From assembly GCF_006345805.1 (NCBI RefSeq), contig NC_043000.1, positions 5,952,001-6,016,000 of the forward strand: 64,000 nucleotides of DNA, written 5' to 3'. The notes under the pieces are model-generated. The model did no database searches and was not told where the DNA came from. It saw only the letters and a list, made by a program, of their open reading frames with translations. The position numbers were made by a program, and so were the translations under genes. Shown piece by piece: positions 38,976 to 51,862 of this stretch (position 1 is its first letter; every line of letters starts with the position of its first letter). Source of the stretch: Octopus sinensis (taxonomy: Eukaryota).

Positions 38976-39997
38976 TCATGTAGAAGCATGTAGCTGAGTG
39001 GGTAGGGTATCATGTAGAAGCATGTAGCTGAGTGGGTAGGGTATCATGTAGAAGCATGTAGCTGAGTGGGTAGGGTATCATGTAGAAGCATGTAGCTGAG
39101 TGGGTAGGGTATCATGTAGAAGCATGTAGCTGAGTGGGTAGGGTATCAAGTAGAAGCATGTAGCTGAGTGGGTAGGGTATCATGTAGAAGCATGTAGCTG
39201 AGTGGGTAGGGTATCATGTAGAAGCATGTAGCTGAGTGGGTAGGGTATCATGTAGAAGCATGTAGCTGAGTGGGTAGGGTATCATGTAGAAGCATGTAGC
39301 TGAGTGGGTAGGGTATCATGTAGAAGCATGTAGCTGAGTGGGTAGGGTATCATGTAGAAGCATGTAGCTGAGTGGGTAGGGTATCATGTAGAAGCATGTA
39401 GCTGAGTGGGTAGGGTATCATGTAGAAGCATGTAGCTGAGTGGGTAGGGTATCATGTAGAAGCATGTAGCTGAGTGGGTAGGGTATCATGTAGAAGCATG
39501 TAGCTGAGTGGGTAGGGTATCATGTAGAAGCATGTAGCTGAGTGGGTAGGGTATCATGTAGAAGCATGTAGCTGAGTGGGTAGGGTATCATGTAGAAGCA
39601 TGTAGCTGAGTGGGTAGGGTATCATGTAGAAGCATGTAGCTGAGTGGGTAGGGTATCATGTAGAAGCATGTAGCTGAGTGGGTAGGGTATCATGTAGAAG
39701 CATGTAGCTGAGTGGGTAGGGTATCATGTAGAAGCATGTAGCTGATGGGTAGGGTATCATGTAGAAGCATGTAGCTGAGTGGGTAGGGTATCATGTAGAA
39801 GCATGTAGCTGAGTGGGTAGGGTATCATGTAGAAGCATGTAGCTGAGTGGGTAGGGTATCATGTAGAAGCATGTAGCTGAGTGGGTAGGGTATCAAGTAG
39901 AAGCATGTAGCTGAGTGGGTAGGGTATCATGTAGAAGCATGTAGCTGAGTGGGTAGGGTATCATGTAGAAGCATGTAGCTGAGTGGGTAGGGTATCA
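38976..39997 (+). repeat. Minisatellite, 30 copies of a 34-bp unit
   Basis: Unit TCATGTAGAAGCATGTAGCTGAGTGGGTAGGGTA; nearly invariant (T>A near 39148 and 39896, one 1-bp deletion near 39746); no spacers. Confidence 0.98.
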
Positions 39998-41204
39998 AGT
40001 TTAGGAAATGCAGACATTTCAAAGCACTTGAAGCAGTCTCTGGCAAGGTCCTTAATGGCCTCAGTTGTCTGCTTAAGTTTTTAGTTGTGATTGATTTATT
40101 TTGTATCCCGAAAATATTTATTCTTTCATTTGTTTAATGCAACAGAAATCTGAGATAAGCATCAGCCTTATGGACTCTTATTATCCATAAAAGGATAAAC
40201 TTATTCTTTAATCTTTCAACATTGTTTGACATTTTATCATTTTAAACCAACAACTAAGTATTAAAAATGAGTGAATAATGTTGCTTTAAAAGCACAGTGT
40301 CTGAAATAATGATGATTATAAGATTGCTTGATCAAGGATGACTTGGACCTAAACAATAGCAATGACCTTGTTACCCAGTTCTCATCCACATCTTGAATAT
40401 TTTCATTTTGTAAGTGAATGTTTCTTATAATTCTCTTCCTCTGTTTTGTAATTTATATTCTATGTTCAACAGATCATCCTTATGTCATTCTGTCTTCAAA
40501 TTTCCTGTCTTTTTCACTCCTTGATCATATTTTATTGCCGTGTTCCATATATTTCTTTCATGTACATCATACAATTTAGCTTTCTTATGAGAGTCATCCT
40601 GACTTTAGACCTAAATTGTTTACCACTGCTGCAAAAATTGGATATACAGACATACAATTTCAAATAAATTGTTGCTTTTTGCACATGAAATTATCATTTG
40701 TTTTTTAAGAAAATGAAATCCCAACTTAGTATTACTTTATCTAGACACTTATTGAAGTTGATTTAGCAAAATTTTAATTATAAGAAGAATTTATAATTTT
40801 TAGCCATGTTTTTATCATTAATCTTTGTCACTAATTTCAATCATTTCCATAAAATTGCATTCTTCTATAGTTTTTTTTTCTTTTTGCAATTGATAGAGCA
40901 ATGACAACAACGCCTCTGAGATTGTGTCCTTAGAATCCTGGATTACTGTATTAACTCTACAATAAGTAAGGTCAACTGATATGAGTCAAGAAATGTTATT
41001 AGGATTTAGAAAATTTTGCAATATGTATTACCAGTCCATATAAATATGCAACTATTAATGACTCTTAAAAGTTATTTATTTATATTTTGAGAAGCTCTTG
41101 TATGTTTAATGTATGTAAAGGCTGTGTGAAATTGTTCTGACAATAAAAATTTGAGGGGTTGGATACCCTTTCTTCATTTCTGGTTTAGAGAAATAATATT
41201 GATT

Positions 41205-41700
41205 GTCGTCATCATCATTTTAAGGTCTGCTTTCCTACGCTTACATGGGTCACACAGAGTTTATTGAGACAGATTTTCTGCTGCTGGATGCTCTTCTTGT
41301 TACCAACCCTCACCTGTTTCCCAGTAAATTGCTATTTCCTCATGACCAGTTATGTCTTGGAAGAGTGGAAATGAATCTGTCATAATGACACACTTCATTG
41401 TGTGATGGTGACACTCACTTGTAACCATAACAACTATAACATGATGTCAAGGCAAGGAGACAGTAACACACATATGTACACGCACAGGCATGCACATATC
41501 CATATTTGAAACACACATAAACATGCATGCATACATATATAAAACAAACACACACACTCACATCCATTAGGCTTCTTTCAGTTTCCATCTACCAAATCCA
41601 CATACAAGGTTTCAAAGACACTTGTTCAAGGTACCATGCAGTGGGATTGAACCCAGTGCCATGTGGTTGGGAAGCAAACTTCTTACCCCATCATTGTGTC
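41205..41700 (-). mobile_element. Chimeric SINE family F
   Basis: (cat)n tail at left, ccaaccctcacctgtttcc body, SINE A head at right. Confidence 0.75.
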
Positions 41701-41904
41701 TGCACCTCCTGTATTGAAACCATTTCAGCTCCCTATCACAATAATTACCTTGTGCTTCTTTCTATCTTCATGTACTCTTTTTATCTGTTATATAGGACAG
41801 TGGTTTGACCCTCCCCCCATGGACTTCCTTCGTTGTAGTCAAGTTAAGTGAAATTCCCTAATTGTTTAGCAATTATCAGTCGACTGCATTAGAAAAGCTT
41901 GCAT

Positions 41905-42137
41905 TGCGGCCAGCTGGCAGAGTGGTTAGCACGCTGGGCGAAATGCTTAGCCATATTTCGTCTGTCCTTAAGTTCTGAGTTCAAATTCCGGCAAGGTTGA
42001 CTTTGCTTTTCATCCTTTCGGGGTTGATAAATTAAGTACCAGTTATGCACCGGGGTCGATGTAATCGACTTAATCCCTTTGTCTGCCCTTGTTTGTCCCC
42101 TCTATATTTAGCCCCTTATGGGTAATAAGGAAATAAG
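41905..42137 (+). mobile_element. SINE family B
   Basis: Full family B copy; TSD-like agaaaagcttgcattgc / agaaagattgcattgc. Confidence 0.9.
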
Positions 42138-43869
42138 AAAAGATTGCATTGCAATTGTTTAGTCCCCTCCCTCCCCAATTCCCTTCACCTTCCCAATCTC
42201 TACCCCCCCCAATCCCTCGTGGGTGGGGGGATTTTCCTTTTTTTCTTTTTTGTTCTTATCCTGTCTTGCAATTTACTTGGAAACCTCACTAGTGTCGGTG
42301 GCACAAAAAAAAAAAAGAAATAACAACCCACTCTATGAACACTGTGAAGTAGTTGACATTAAGTAGGACATCAAGCTGTAGCAAACATGTCAAAGGTCAG
42401 ACTGGAGCTTGGTACAGCCCTGCAGCATACCGAATCATCCAACCGATGCCAGCATGGAAGACAGGCGTTAAATGATTAGGAGGAGAATGATGATCAATTG
42501 TATAGATCCAATGTTTGAAAATAGTTAAGACTTCTGGTGGATGAAACCTGAAAAATAGTCAAGAATAGAGAGATGTCAGCAGCAAATGAGAATTAAGTTG
42601 ACAGAAAGAAGGAAGAAAGTTACTAACAAGAGAAGATGAGTGCAAGGAGATACGATACTCTTGAGGAATGCTTGAAGAGATGTGAAGAGAAACTCATTGC
42701 TAGTGTGGCTTATAAAGAATCTGCCAAGGCAACTGATCAAATTTGTATGTAAGAGATTTGCAAACAGCTTGTCATACAAGTGCTGTCAATCAAAAGCTCT
42801 GCATACAGGATGCTAATAGATTTTAGGGTTAATCAGGAGAGCATGGACACCATTTCAGGGCCTCCCTCTTGATGGCTTTACAACACACTGGCCCTCCATC
42901 ACTGATACGAGGTCCCACCGACTGGATTGATTGACTGGTATTCGATCTTAATTCCTTCAGCCCAGGATCATCAGCACCCTTCTAAATGTGCAGTCATGCA
43001 GATCTGACATGCTTTATGGGCAAACAGGTACCTGCCTCACACCTATATATTACTTCTCTAATCAGGTGTCATCATGCCTTTTTAGCCACATCCAAGGCTG
43101 GCTCTCAATTGCTGACTGCATCTCTTGAAGTGATAAGATGAAAAACTTGCTGATAGTGTGACTTACAAAAAAAAATGTACCAAGCCAACTATTCAACTTC
43201 ATATGTAATATATATATTCAGAGAGATAGAGAGAGATAGAGGGAGGGAGGGAGAGTTTAGTCAGTTGGGTATATTTAAAGTATGTATTAAAAATGATATC
43301 CGATACATAAAAGAGAATTCCTTAGTTAATGTTCTATAGAAAATAACAAATGCAAACATGGATAATTGTAGATTGCTGACTGTAGTTTTAATAAAGGAGA
43401 TACTAGTTGATAATTCCTTTGTCTTGGTAGGTTTTACTGTTGAGGACAATTTCACTAGAGTTTAGAAAAACTGGGAGTTTCCTAAGGTGAGCCAAATCTG
43501 TATATTTCTGGGTAAATGTTTGCACAGAGGGAAAGATGTAATAATTGAAGAAAGCTGAAGCTATTTCACAGACAGAATACATACGGAAATCATCAGAGCA
43601 TAATGAATTCATAGTTAGAGATATTGTTGTCTGTGTGTGTGTGTATCAAATCTGTCAAACTGTCCGACCCATGCCAACATGGAAGATGGACATATATGTC
43701 AGAGGTCATACATGTGAATGTAACCTAAATACATTTTTTGTTTTTTGGTACTCTTCCTCTCTTCCTTGTCTCTCTCTCTAGACTTTCACCTAGTATCCAA
43801 TAAAGAACTCTGTCCAAAACATTATATTTTTACTTTATAATGTTTTCCCTTCTGTGAGTATCAACTTAA

Positions 43870-44088
43870 TAATCCTTTCTACTATAGGCACAAGGGCTGA
43901 AATTTAGGGGAGTGGGTTAGTTGGTTACATCATCCTCAGTGCATAACTGGTACTTAACTTATTGATCCCAAAAGGATGAAAGGCAAAGTCGACCATGGCA
44001 GAATTTGAACTCAGAACATAGTGACGGGCGAAATACCGCTAAGCATTTTGTCCAGCATGTTAACGATTCTGCCAGATCGCCACCCTAT
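43870..44088 (-). mobile_element. SINE family B (tail type 2)
   Basis: Imperfect TSD gtatcaacttaataat (43858-43873) / gtatcaacctaatgat (44089-44104). Confidence 0.88.
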
Positions 44089-44222
44089 GTATCAACCTAA
44101 TGATAGTAACTAGGAACATGCTTTGAACTATTGTTCTTGTTTCTTTTGTGTTGATATCTGTTTTGATATGTATGTATGTATGTATGTATGTATGTGTGTG
44201 TAAGTGTGAATATATATATATA

Positions 44223-45473
44223 TTGGGTCATCTCATAAATAATGTGGTTTTTTTCAGCTGCATGAACTAAAAGTCGAAGGGAGATGGGATAAACTACCTG
44301 CATCAACTTGCTACAAAAGCAGTTAGTGATTTTACCTTGTCCTTATTCTTAGTGCAAGTTTTGAGGAGTGCACTTCGATTTTAACAGTTATTTTTTCAAA
44401 GCTATAATGGAAGTGACAAAGGAGCATATTTGGCATATTTTGCTTTATGAGTTCAACAAAGGCAACAACACAATGGAAAGTGCAAGGAATATTAATGCAG
44501 TATATGGGGATCAGACAATAAGAATAAGCCAGTGTCAGTGATGGTTCCAGAAATTCCAAGCTGGAATCTACAGCCTAGAAGACGAGCCTCATCCTAGCAA
44601 TTCTGTAGAGCTCAATGAGGACATTCTGCAAACCCTAGTGGAACAAAATCCCATCGTAACTGCAGAGGAACGAGCAGAGAAGCTTGGATTTAGTCATTCA
44701 ACCATTCATCGACACCAGTGTGCCATCAGAAAAGTCATCAAATTGTGTCAATGGATTCCTCACAAACTTTCCAAGTCTTGTCACATGCAGAGAGTGAATG
44801 TGTGCTCTTCTTTGCTGTCATGTCTCACAAACGAACATTTTTTGGACTGAATAGTGACTGGTGAAGAGAAATAGGTTCTCTATAAAAATGTCAAGTACCA
44901 AAGACAGTGAGTAGGAAAACACCAGCACCCTAGGCTAAAGAAGGTCTTCACCCACATAAGGTGTTATCTGTTTTGGTGGGATATGAAAGGTTTAGTCCAC
45001 TTTGAACTTTTAAAACCCAAAACCAAACAATAACAAAGGAGATCTACTGTGAGCAGCTTGAGCGGCTTAAGTCAGTGTGGGAAGAAAAATGACCATCTTT
45101 AGTTTCAAGATGAAAGGTGTTGTTCCATCAGGATAATACTCGGCCACATACAGTGAGGATAACATTTCAAAGGCTGGAGCAGTTTGAATGGGAAACGATG
45201 CCCCACCCACCATAATCGCTAGACATTGCCCCATCTGATTATCATTTATTCTGCAGTCTTCAAAGTTATTTGGACGGAAAAAATATGAATTTTGTAGATG
45301 AGGTCATGGACAAGTGAATTTTGGGAGAGGAGCCTTGCAAGTCTACCAGATAGATGGAAGAGCATTGTAGAAAATGAAGGAGAGTATATCTTAGGTTGAA
45401 AAAGAACTTTGTGTATCTTAATTTTGAAAAATAAAGAAGTATAAATGACTGCATTATTTATGGGATGACCCAG
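44223..45473 (+). mobile_element. Full-length inactive mariner (DD34D), about 1.25 kb
   Basis: TA|ttgggtcatctcataaataatg ... cattatttatgggatgacccag|TA. Transposase from ATG 44407 (MEVTKEHIWHILLYEF...), WIPHKL, IVTGEEK, HQDNTRPH...PP*SLDIAPSDYHLF with 34 codons between the last two aspartates; several stops and frameshifts. Confidence 0.95.
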
Positions 45474-45574
45474 TATGTGTGTGTGCGTGTAATGTTTTGA
45501 AACTTACATATTGTCTGGATATAATGTGCAAGGAATATTTTAGGGATTAATTTAACATAGGATAAAAAGGATAA

Positions 45575-45810
45575 ACATCCTTCCTGAGTCATATAGACTC
45601 ACAAGGGCTGGTTTCCCAGTTTCCATGGCATTATTATTCCTCAGCTGGATGGGAGACTGGTCTGTCACAAGATTACTCATTTTTGCCTGCTGAGCAATAT
45701 GAAATGAAGTGTTTGGCTCAAGAACACAACACGTCACCCTTCCAGGAATTGAAACCACAATTTTACAATCATGAGTCCAACACCCTGACCACTAAGTCAT
45801 GTACCTCTAC
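45575..45810 (-). mobile_element. CORE-like SINE family C2
   Basis: Reverse complement of the C2 head and tail; ends about 70 nt upstream of the 45880 exon. Confidence 0.78.
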
Positions 45811-45879
45811 AGTTTAACAATAGACTTTAACTTATCTAAAATTAGTTTTTTTTTTTTTTTTTTGGTTTTATCTTTCCAG

Positions 45880-46020
45880 GAGAATCTATTGCGATTTCAG
45901 CCGAGTTCGATAATTGGTCGTCAAGAACAGTCACACCTTATGCATCCTTGCATCAAACACAAGCATTTTTTGCAAATGGAAAATCTAGAGTACGCCGTAC
46001 CAAATTTACTGTTCTCACAG
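45880..46020 (+). CDS. ARRDC3: Alpha-arrestin (ARRDC3-like) coding exon, 141 nt
   Basis: ttccag acceptor, cag|gtatgt donor, phase 1 to 1. Encodes (G)ESIAISAEFDNWSSRTVTPYASLHQTQAFFANGKSRVRRTKFTVLT(G). Confidence 0.95.
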
Positions 46021-46174
46021 GTATGTTCTGATTTTCATTTTATTCTATTTTATTTTTTCACAGAATCTGTGGAATTTCATATTTTCTTGTGATGATTTAT
46101 TGTAATTTTGGAAACAAGTTTTGATGTTTTTTTTTCTTTCCATTTTTTTAAAGAAAAATGTAACTGGAAATAAT

Positions 46175-46895
46175 CCTTTCTACAGTTGGTACATGGAGGC
46201 GCAATGGCCCAGTGGTTAGGGCAGCAGACTCGCGGTTGTAGGATCGCGGTTCCGATTCCCAGACCGGGCTTTGTGAGTGTTTATTGAGTGAAAACACCTA
46301 AAAGCTCCACAAGGCTCCGGCAGGGGGTGGTGGCAATCCCTGCTGTATTCTTTCACCACAACTTTCTCTCACTCTTTCTTCTGTTGGCCTGCTCGCTTGA
46401 CCAGTGGTGTGGCGTCATTTGAAGGCTAAAACAATGCAAAGCACATTGGGATCAGCAATGTGAAGCAACATCTGATAGCCTGGTTGGTCACGGTGATCAC
46501 TGTCACATTTGGTACAAGGCCTGAAATTTTAAGGGACGAGGTTACATTAACCCTGAAAGGATGAAAGGCAAAGACAACTTTGGCAGAATTAGAACTCAGA
46601 ACATAATGACAGACAAAATTCCGCTAAGCATTTTGTTTGGCGCGCTAATGATTCTGCTATTTTGCTGCTATCCTAACTAGAAATAATCCTTTCTACTAAA
46701 CATACAAGGCCTGGAATTTTGGGGGGAGGGGACTTGTCAATTACATCGACCCCAGTGTCTCACTGGTTCTTAATTTATCAACCCTGAAAGGATGAACAGC
46801 AAAGTTGACTTTGATGGAATTTGAACTTTGAACATAAAGATGGATGAAAGCATTTTGTTTGGCATGCAAATCATTCTGCCAGTTTGCTGCCATCC
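46175..46895 (-). mobile_element. Two tandem SINE B copies, the first interrupted by SINE E
   Basis: taact(g/a)gaaataat at 46161-46174, 46674-46687 and 46896-46909 delimits two reverse-oriented B copies. Confidence 0.85.
46194..46508 (+). mobile_element. SINE family E (tail type 2)
   Basis: TSD ttggtaca at 46186-46193 and 46509-46516; first 180 bp nearly identical to the 29531 copy, tail unrelated. Confidence 0.88.
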
Positions 46896-48265
46896 TAACT
46901 AGAAATAATGGATGGTAAAAGTATGTTAAGGGTTATAAATCTAGACTGAGATGCTAATAAGAGCCTCCCATATGCTGTATATTCTGTTGATTTTATCTGT
47001 TCACTCATTCAATATAAGAAATGATAAGGATACTTGAAAGAGTCTGAGCCTTACTTTTACACTAAGAGGTGAAAAGTGTATGTTGTTATGTGTAGATGCA
47101 GATCCGTCCTGATTGGGTTAGCCTATGATCAAAGGCTTTCCAATCAAGACCATCCAGTTTATTTCAACCAGTATATCTTAGAATACCCTATCAATTTCAT
47201 TTTCCTTTTTGTTTAAGGCTACTATTTTTGATACATCAAGCTACTACAACTATGTCATTCTCCTCCTCCTCCCCTTCATCATTATCTCTTAGCACCTGTC
47301 TTCCATGCCGGCATGGGCTAGACCCTAGCATGGGTTGCACTTCTAGCTATTTCTTGTACATCAAAACAACTATTCAGAGGCCTCTCTTTTTCTTTCAGTC
47401 TGAAGTCTATTGATGTCATCTTTCTCCTCATCATCTTTTAACATCTACCTGCCATTCTGGCATCGGTTGGACTCTGGCATTGGCTGTACTTATTTGTATT
47501 TCTTGTACAAACAACAACCGCTCAGAATCCTCTCTTTTTGATCAGACTGAAGTTTACTGATGTAATTAGTCCATTTATTAACCCTTTAGCATTCAGGGTC
47601 AAATGTGATGCTTATTCCTTCACATTGTTTTGAATGCATACACTTCCACACACACACACACACATGCATTCAAGTATACATGTATACGACAGACTGTTTT
47701 TGTTTTTGCATCCACAAAATTTCACTCACAAGGACATTGGTCTGCCTGTGGCTATAACAGAAGACACCACCTAGCATTGTTTGTGCAGTGGAACTGAACT
47801 TCTAACCATTTGGTTTCAAAGCAAACTTCTTAACCATACAGCCATCTCTGTGCCATTTGGTTGTAGACCTCTTACCTCAGTAATTCATACAAGTGTCTAT
47901 ATTTGTAGAAACATCCTGTTTGATAGATTATATTGAAAAGAACCTTTATGAAAGACAAAGGCTGTATCAGAATCTATATAATAGACTGGCCAGGACTATT
48001 AGGTTAGTCGGTGGAAATAGTAGACTAGTGATAGTCTGAATTGGCAAGAATTGCTTTGGAAATCAATTCGGAATGAAGATCATTTGGCTCTGTTTGCAGA
48101 AGAAATATTAATGTTATAGATATTGAATAAAAATGGATAAGAAGTTTGTGAACAGATGTTTATTAATGGTGGCTGAATTACGTAAATGTTGAGCAATGTA
48201 ATCGAGGCTAATTAGACGTGGATGGAACAAATGGCAAATGGTTACTTGATTAGATTTAATTAAAT

Positions 48266-49485
48266 CAAAGATTCCCAACCATTTTCATTTCATTTGTCCC
48301 CTGGCAACATTTTGTTAATAAATTTATTCCTGCCCTCTTTTTTTTTTTGACAGCAATTTGAGCTGATACTTTTATAATAATAAAATAACAGCTAAAAGGG
48401 AAATTTGAAATGATGCTTTTAAACAGTATTTTAATAATTATCATTTTAATGTTTACTTTCCCATGCTTGCATGGGTCAGGCATCAGTATATCAGGACAGA
48501 GTTTCCTATGGTCAGTACCCTTCCTGTCCCCCCACCCCCCACAACTTGTTTCAAAGCAAGATCATCATCATCATTGTTTAATGTCTGTGTTTCCCCTGAT
48601 GGCATGGATTGGACGGTTTGACAGGAGCTGATATGCTAGGGAACTGCACCCAGCTCCAGTGTCTGCTTTGGCATGGTTTCTTCAGCTGGATGCCCTTCCT
48701 AACACCACCCACTTTGCACAATGTACAAGGTGCTTTTTATGTGGCTTCAGCACTAGTGCAGTCACTGAGTTATTCACAAGATCCTCCCTCAACTGAGGTG
48801 TGTGTAGTATGCCAAGTTAAAGGTTAAATGCTTTATAGAGGTTAATGACATTATAGAGAGATAGAAACAAATGTTTTGCAGTAGAGATGTTTTTAAATCA
48901 TTATTTTCGGTCCAGATAACAATGAAAATAGAGCATAATGCCATTTCATGTATTTGTAAGGATGACCAGCTATTAGAATGAAACACAGTCATGTAAATTA
49001 AGAGCATTTCATTAGCAATATAGTAATTAAAAACTATACAGTTCAAATTGTTAAATGGAAAAGAGGTTGGAAAAACCAAATTGAATTGGCAGTTTTCACG
49101 AAATAGGAATACTTAATATTTTGTTCTCACTTCCAGATTTTTCTTAAATCTGGAAATGCCAGTCCACATAAAAAGCACTTGTACCAGTCCATGTAATAAG
49201 CAACCATGCTGGTGTCTCATAAAAAGCACCCAGCACATTCTGTAAATTGGTTGGCATTAGGAAGGGCTGTAGAAACCAAACCAAATGAGGCTGGAACCCG
49301 GTACAGCTACTCAGCTTGCCAGCTTTGTTCAAACCATCCAGCTCATGCCAACCTGGAAAATGGATGTTAAATGATGATGATATAATTGAAAAAAAAATTG
49401 TTTAAATCCAGAATCAGCAAATTTACCCCTTGGGTAGGTGAAATTTGCCCCTGGTAGTAGATTTACTTCAGTTTGGGAAGCCCTG
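48266..49485. mobile_element. Non-autonomous hAT-like element with nested family D repeats
   Basis: 8-bp TSD aattaaat (48258-48265, 49486-49493); imperfect TIRs caaagattcccaac / gtttgggaagccctg; D repeats at about 48562-48890 (-) and 49160-49382 (+). Confidence 0.7.
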
Positions 49486-49764
49486 AATTAAATCATGGCA
49501 TGGTTACAGGTGGATTTCTAAAACCATTAAAAATAATAGTTGGTTTGTTTACATCTCTGTAACTTAGTGGTTTGGCAAAAGAGACCAATAGAAAAAGTAC
49601 TGGACTTAAAAAAAAGTAGTACTGGAGTTTTGTTTGACTAAAACCTTTCCAGGCAGTGCCCCGCCATGGTTGCAGCCCAATGCATAAAATAGATAAAAGA
49701 GAGATGAGAGGGACATGCTTGCAACTTCATGAGCAAAGAGTCCTGTTGAAGTAAAAAAAAAAAT

Positions 49765-50015
49765 AATAAATACACCCTTTTAAAGCCTAGCCAGGCTCAT
49801 GGGCCTGGTTTCCTGGTTTCAATGGCGTATGTGTTCCCCAGCTGGACGGGACGCCAGTCCATCACAGCATTACTCATTTTTGCCAGCTGAGTGGACTGGA
49901 GCAACGTGAAATGAAGTGTTTTGCTCAAGAACACGTGTCGCCCGGTCCAGGAATCGAAACCACAATCTTAAGATCATGATGCTGACATCCTAACTACTAA
50001 GCCATGCGCCTCCAC
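49765..50015 (-). mobile_element. CORE-like SINE family C2
   Basis: Reverse complement of 26232-26491; TSD cctgttgaagta on both sides. Confidence 0.92.
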
Positions 50016-50899
50016 CCTGTTGAAGTAGGCAGATTTTATTACTTTTAAGGCTGTTAACATTGAGATTAATGAAGATTTACGTGTGAGTCTCATGTTATGG
50101 TTGTTATGCATATTTAATGGATGTCAACATGACAGAACTGATATCTGATAATATGTTTAACACTGATGATGAAGGAGTACAAGTAGGTCTGTTGACATCG
50201 TTGTCATCATCATCATTAGCAGCAGCACTATCATTGTTTTACAACTATTTTTTCCCATGGGTTGACTAGGTCTGTTCCAATACAGCGTCTCACTACTTGT
50301 TGCAACCGTTTGTCATCTGATTATACACAAGAGAAAACAAAAACTAATGATTTTAGTTGCTTGTATGTTGTTTTTGGTATAGTTTTTATAGATGAATGTC
50401 CTTCTTATTACTAATCACATAGCAACGTGCTCTAGATGCATTTTATCATGCCTCTGGCATTAAAGAAGTTGTCTGCTATGGTTAAAGTGTCCACTCTACT
50501 CTTTATTAGTGTTTAATCTGAGTTGCTGTTTGATTGAGCAGATCGATAATCAAAGGTATTCTAATTTTGACTGTCAATTTCTTTTAGTAATATACAAGAC
50601 ACAGAGAGTGATTTATGGGATATTTGGCTGCTATTTCCAGCAATTTAAGTGACCACATAAAGAAATCCTTGTTGGCTCATCCTAGAGAAGCTGCCTCTGC
50701 TTGTGCATGTGACATCCACGTTTCCTTTGTGCAATAAGGGCCAAAGAAAAGCTTTGTCATATGCTGTTGGGTTTGTTCAGAGTACCCACTTCCTAAATTG
50801 GTTACTTTCACTACAGTTGGGGATCCATGTCCCTTTATGATATTGTGAGGGGATTTTAGCTACTAAAGGAGGTGGCTTGACATAAGGTTGTTTCTGCTT

Positions 50900-51400
50900 T
50901 CTAGGTAAAGAGAGAGCTCGAATATACAGTGGTAATAAGGCCTTCACCATGATGCTAGGTATTGAGTACTGATTTCTTTCTACCTATTAAAACTTTGGTC
51001 TTCACCAAATTTATTCAAAAACTTCTCAATTCTAGGCTTTTGTTTCCATATTTGGAATTTACTCTCTAACTCTTCCACAGGTACTACTAGGTCATCAGCA
51101 TATAGGAGTTCCCTCAGACAGCTAGTCATAAACTCCTCTGTTATAGCTTGAACTATAATAAATTGGAAGGGACTTAAGACTGAACTTTGGGGAACACCTA
51201 AATTTCTCAGTTTTATTGCAAACTTACACTTTGTTGACTGCATCTCTGTACACGGCTTGCAACAAACTATTCATCTACACTTAATTTTTTTTCCAAGATC
51301 ACTAAACTATAGATTGTGGTACGCTGCCAAAGTCTTCTCCAAATCAACAAATGTTAGGTAGAGAGGCTTACTCAGTTACAAAAAAATATTTTGTGATATC
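50900..51400 (-). pseudogene. RTE reverse transcriptase relic
   Basis: GVPQSSVLSPFQFII...ELLYADDLV; upstream FVDLEKT-like motif near 51350. Confidence 0.8.
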
Positions 51401-51862
51401 TCATTATAAAGAGTGCAATCTGAACCAAATCTCTTTAACCCTTTTGTTAACAAACTTCTGTTGGAATTTGCTGCCTTTGTTTGAATTAGTTTTCAAGATA
51501 ATGAAAAATTCAGTCATATATTTTGGTCATTTTTAAGCTGCTGCTTGGAATATAAATTTACATGAAATTTCAAAGGAGGGTTTTAATTTAACCTACTTTA
51601 AACAGGAAGTTTGTTTCTCATAGAACCGAGGATGGGTTAAAGAGGCTTCTTTCCATAATCAAGAAAGTCTAGACTTTTTCTGTTACTTTCATAACTTGAT
51701 CCATCATTTTAATTCCTCAATAATTGTCTCTTTTCAAAGCATCTCCTTTGTCCTTGCAGCAGTTGATGATTATTTTGATACAGTAGTCACTGGGTATGAA
51801 TACTTCTGTGTTTACCGGGTTGATTATGTGAGTGACTAGCTGGTGCTCTTCTTTATCATACA

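Noticed and set aside
38976-39997. CRISPR array (34-bp repeats)
   Set aside because: Units are directly adjacent with no unique spacers, there are no cas genes, and the context is a eukaryotic intron.
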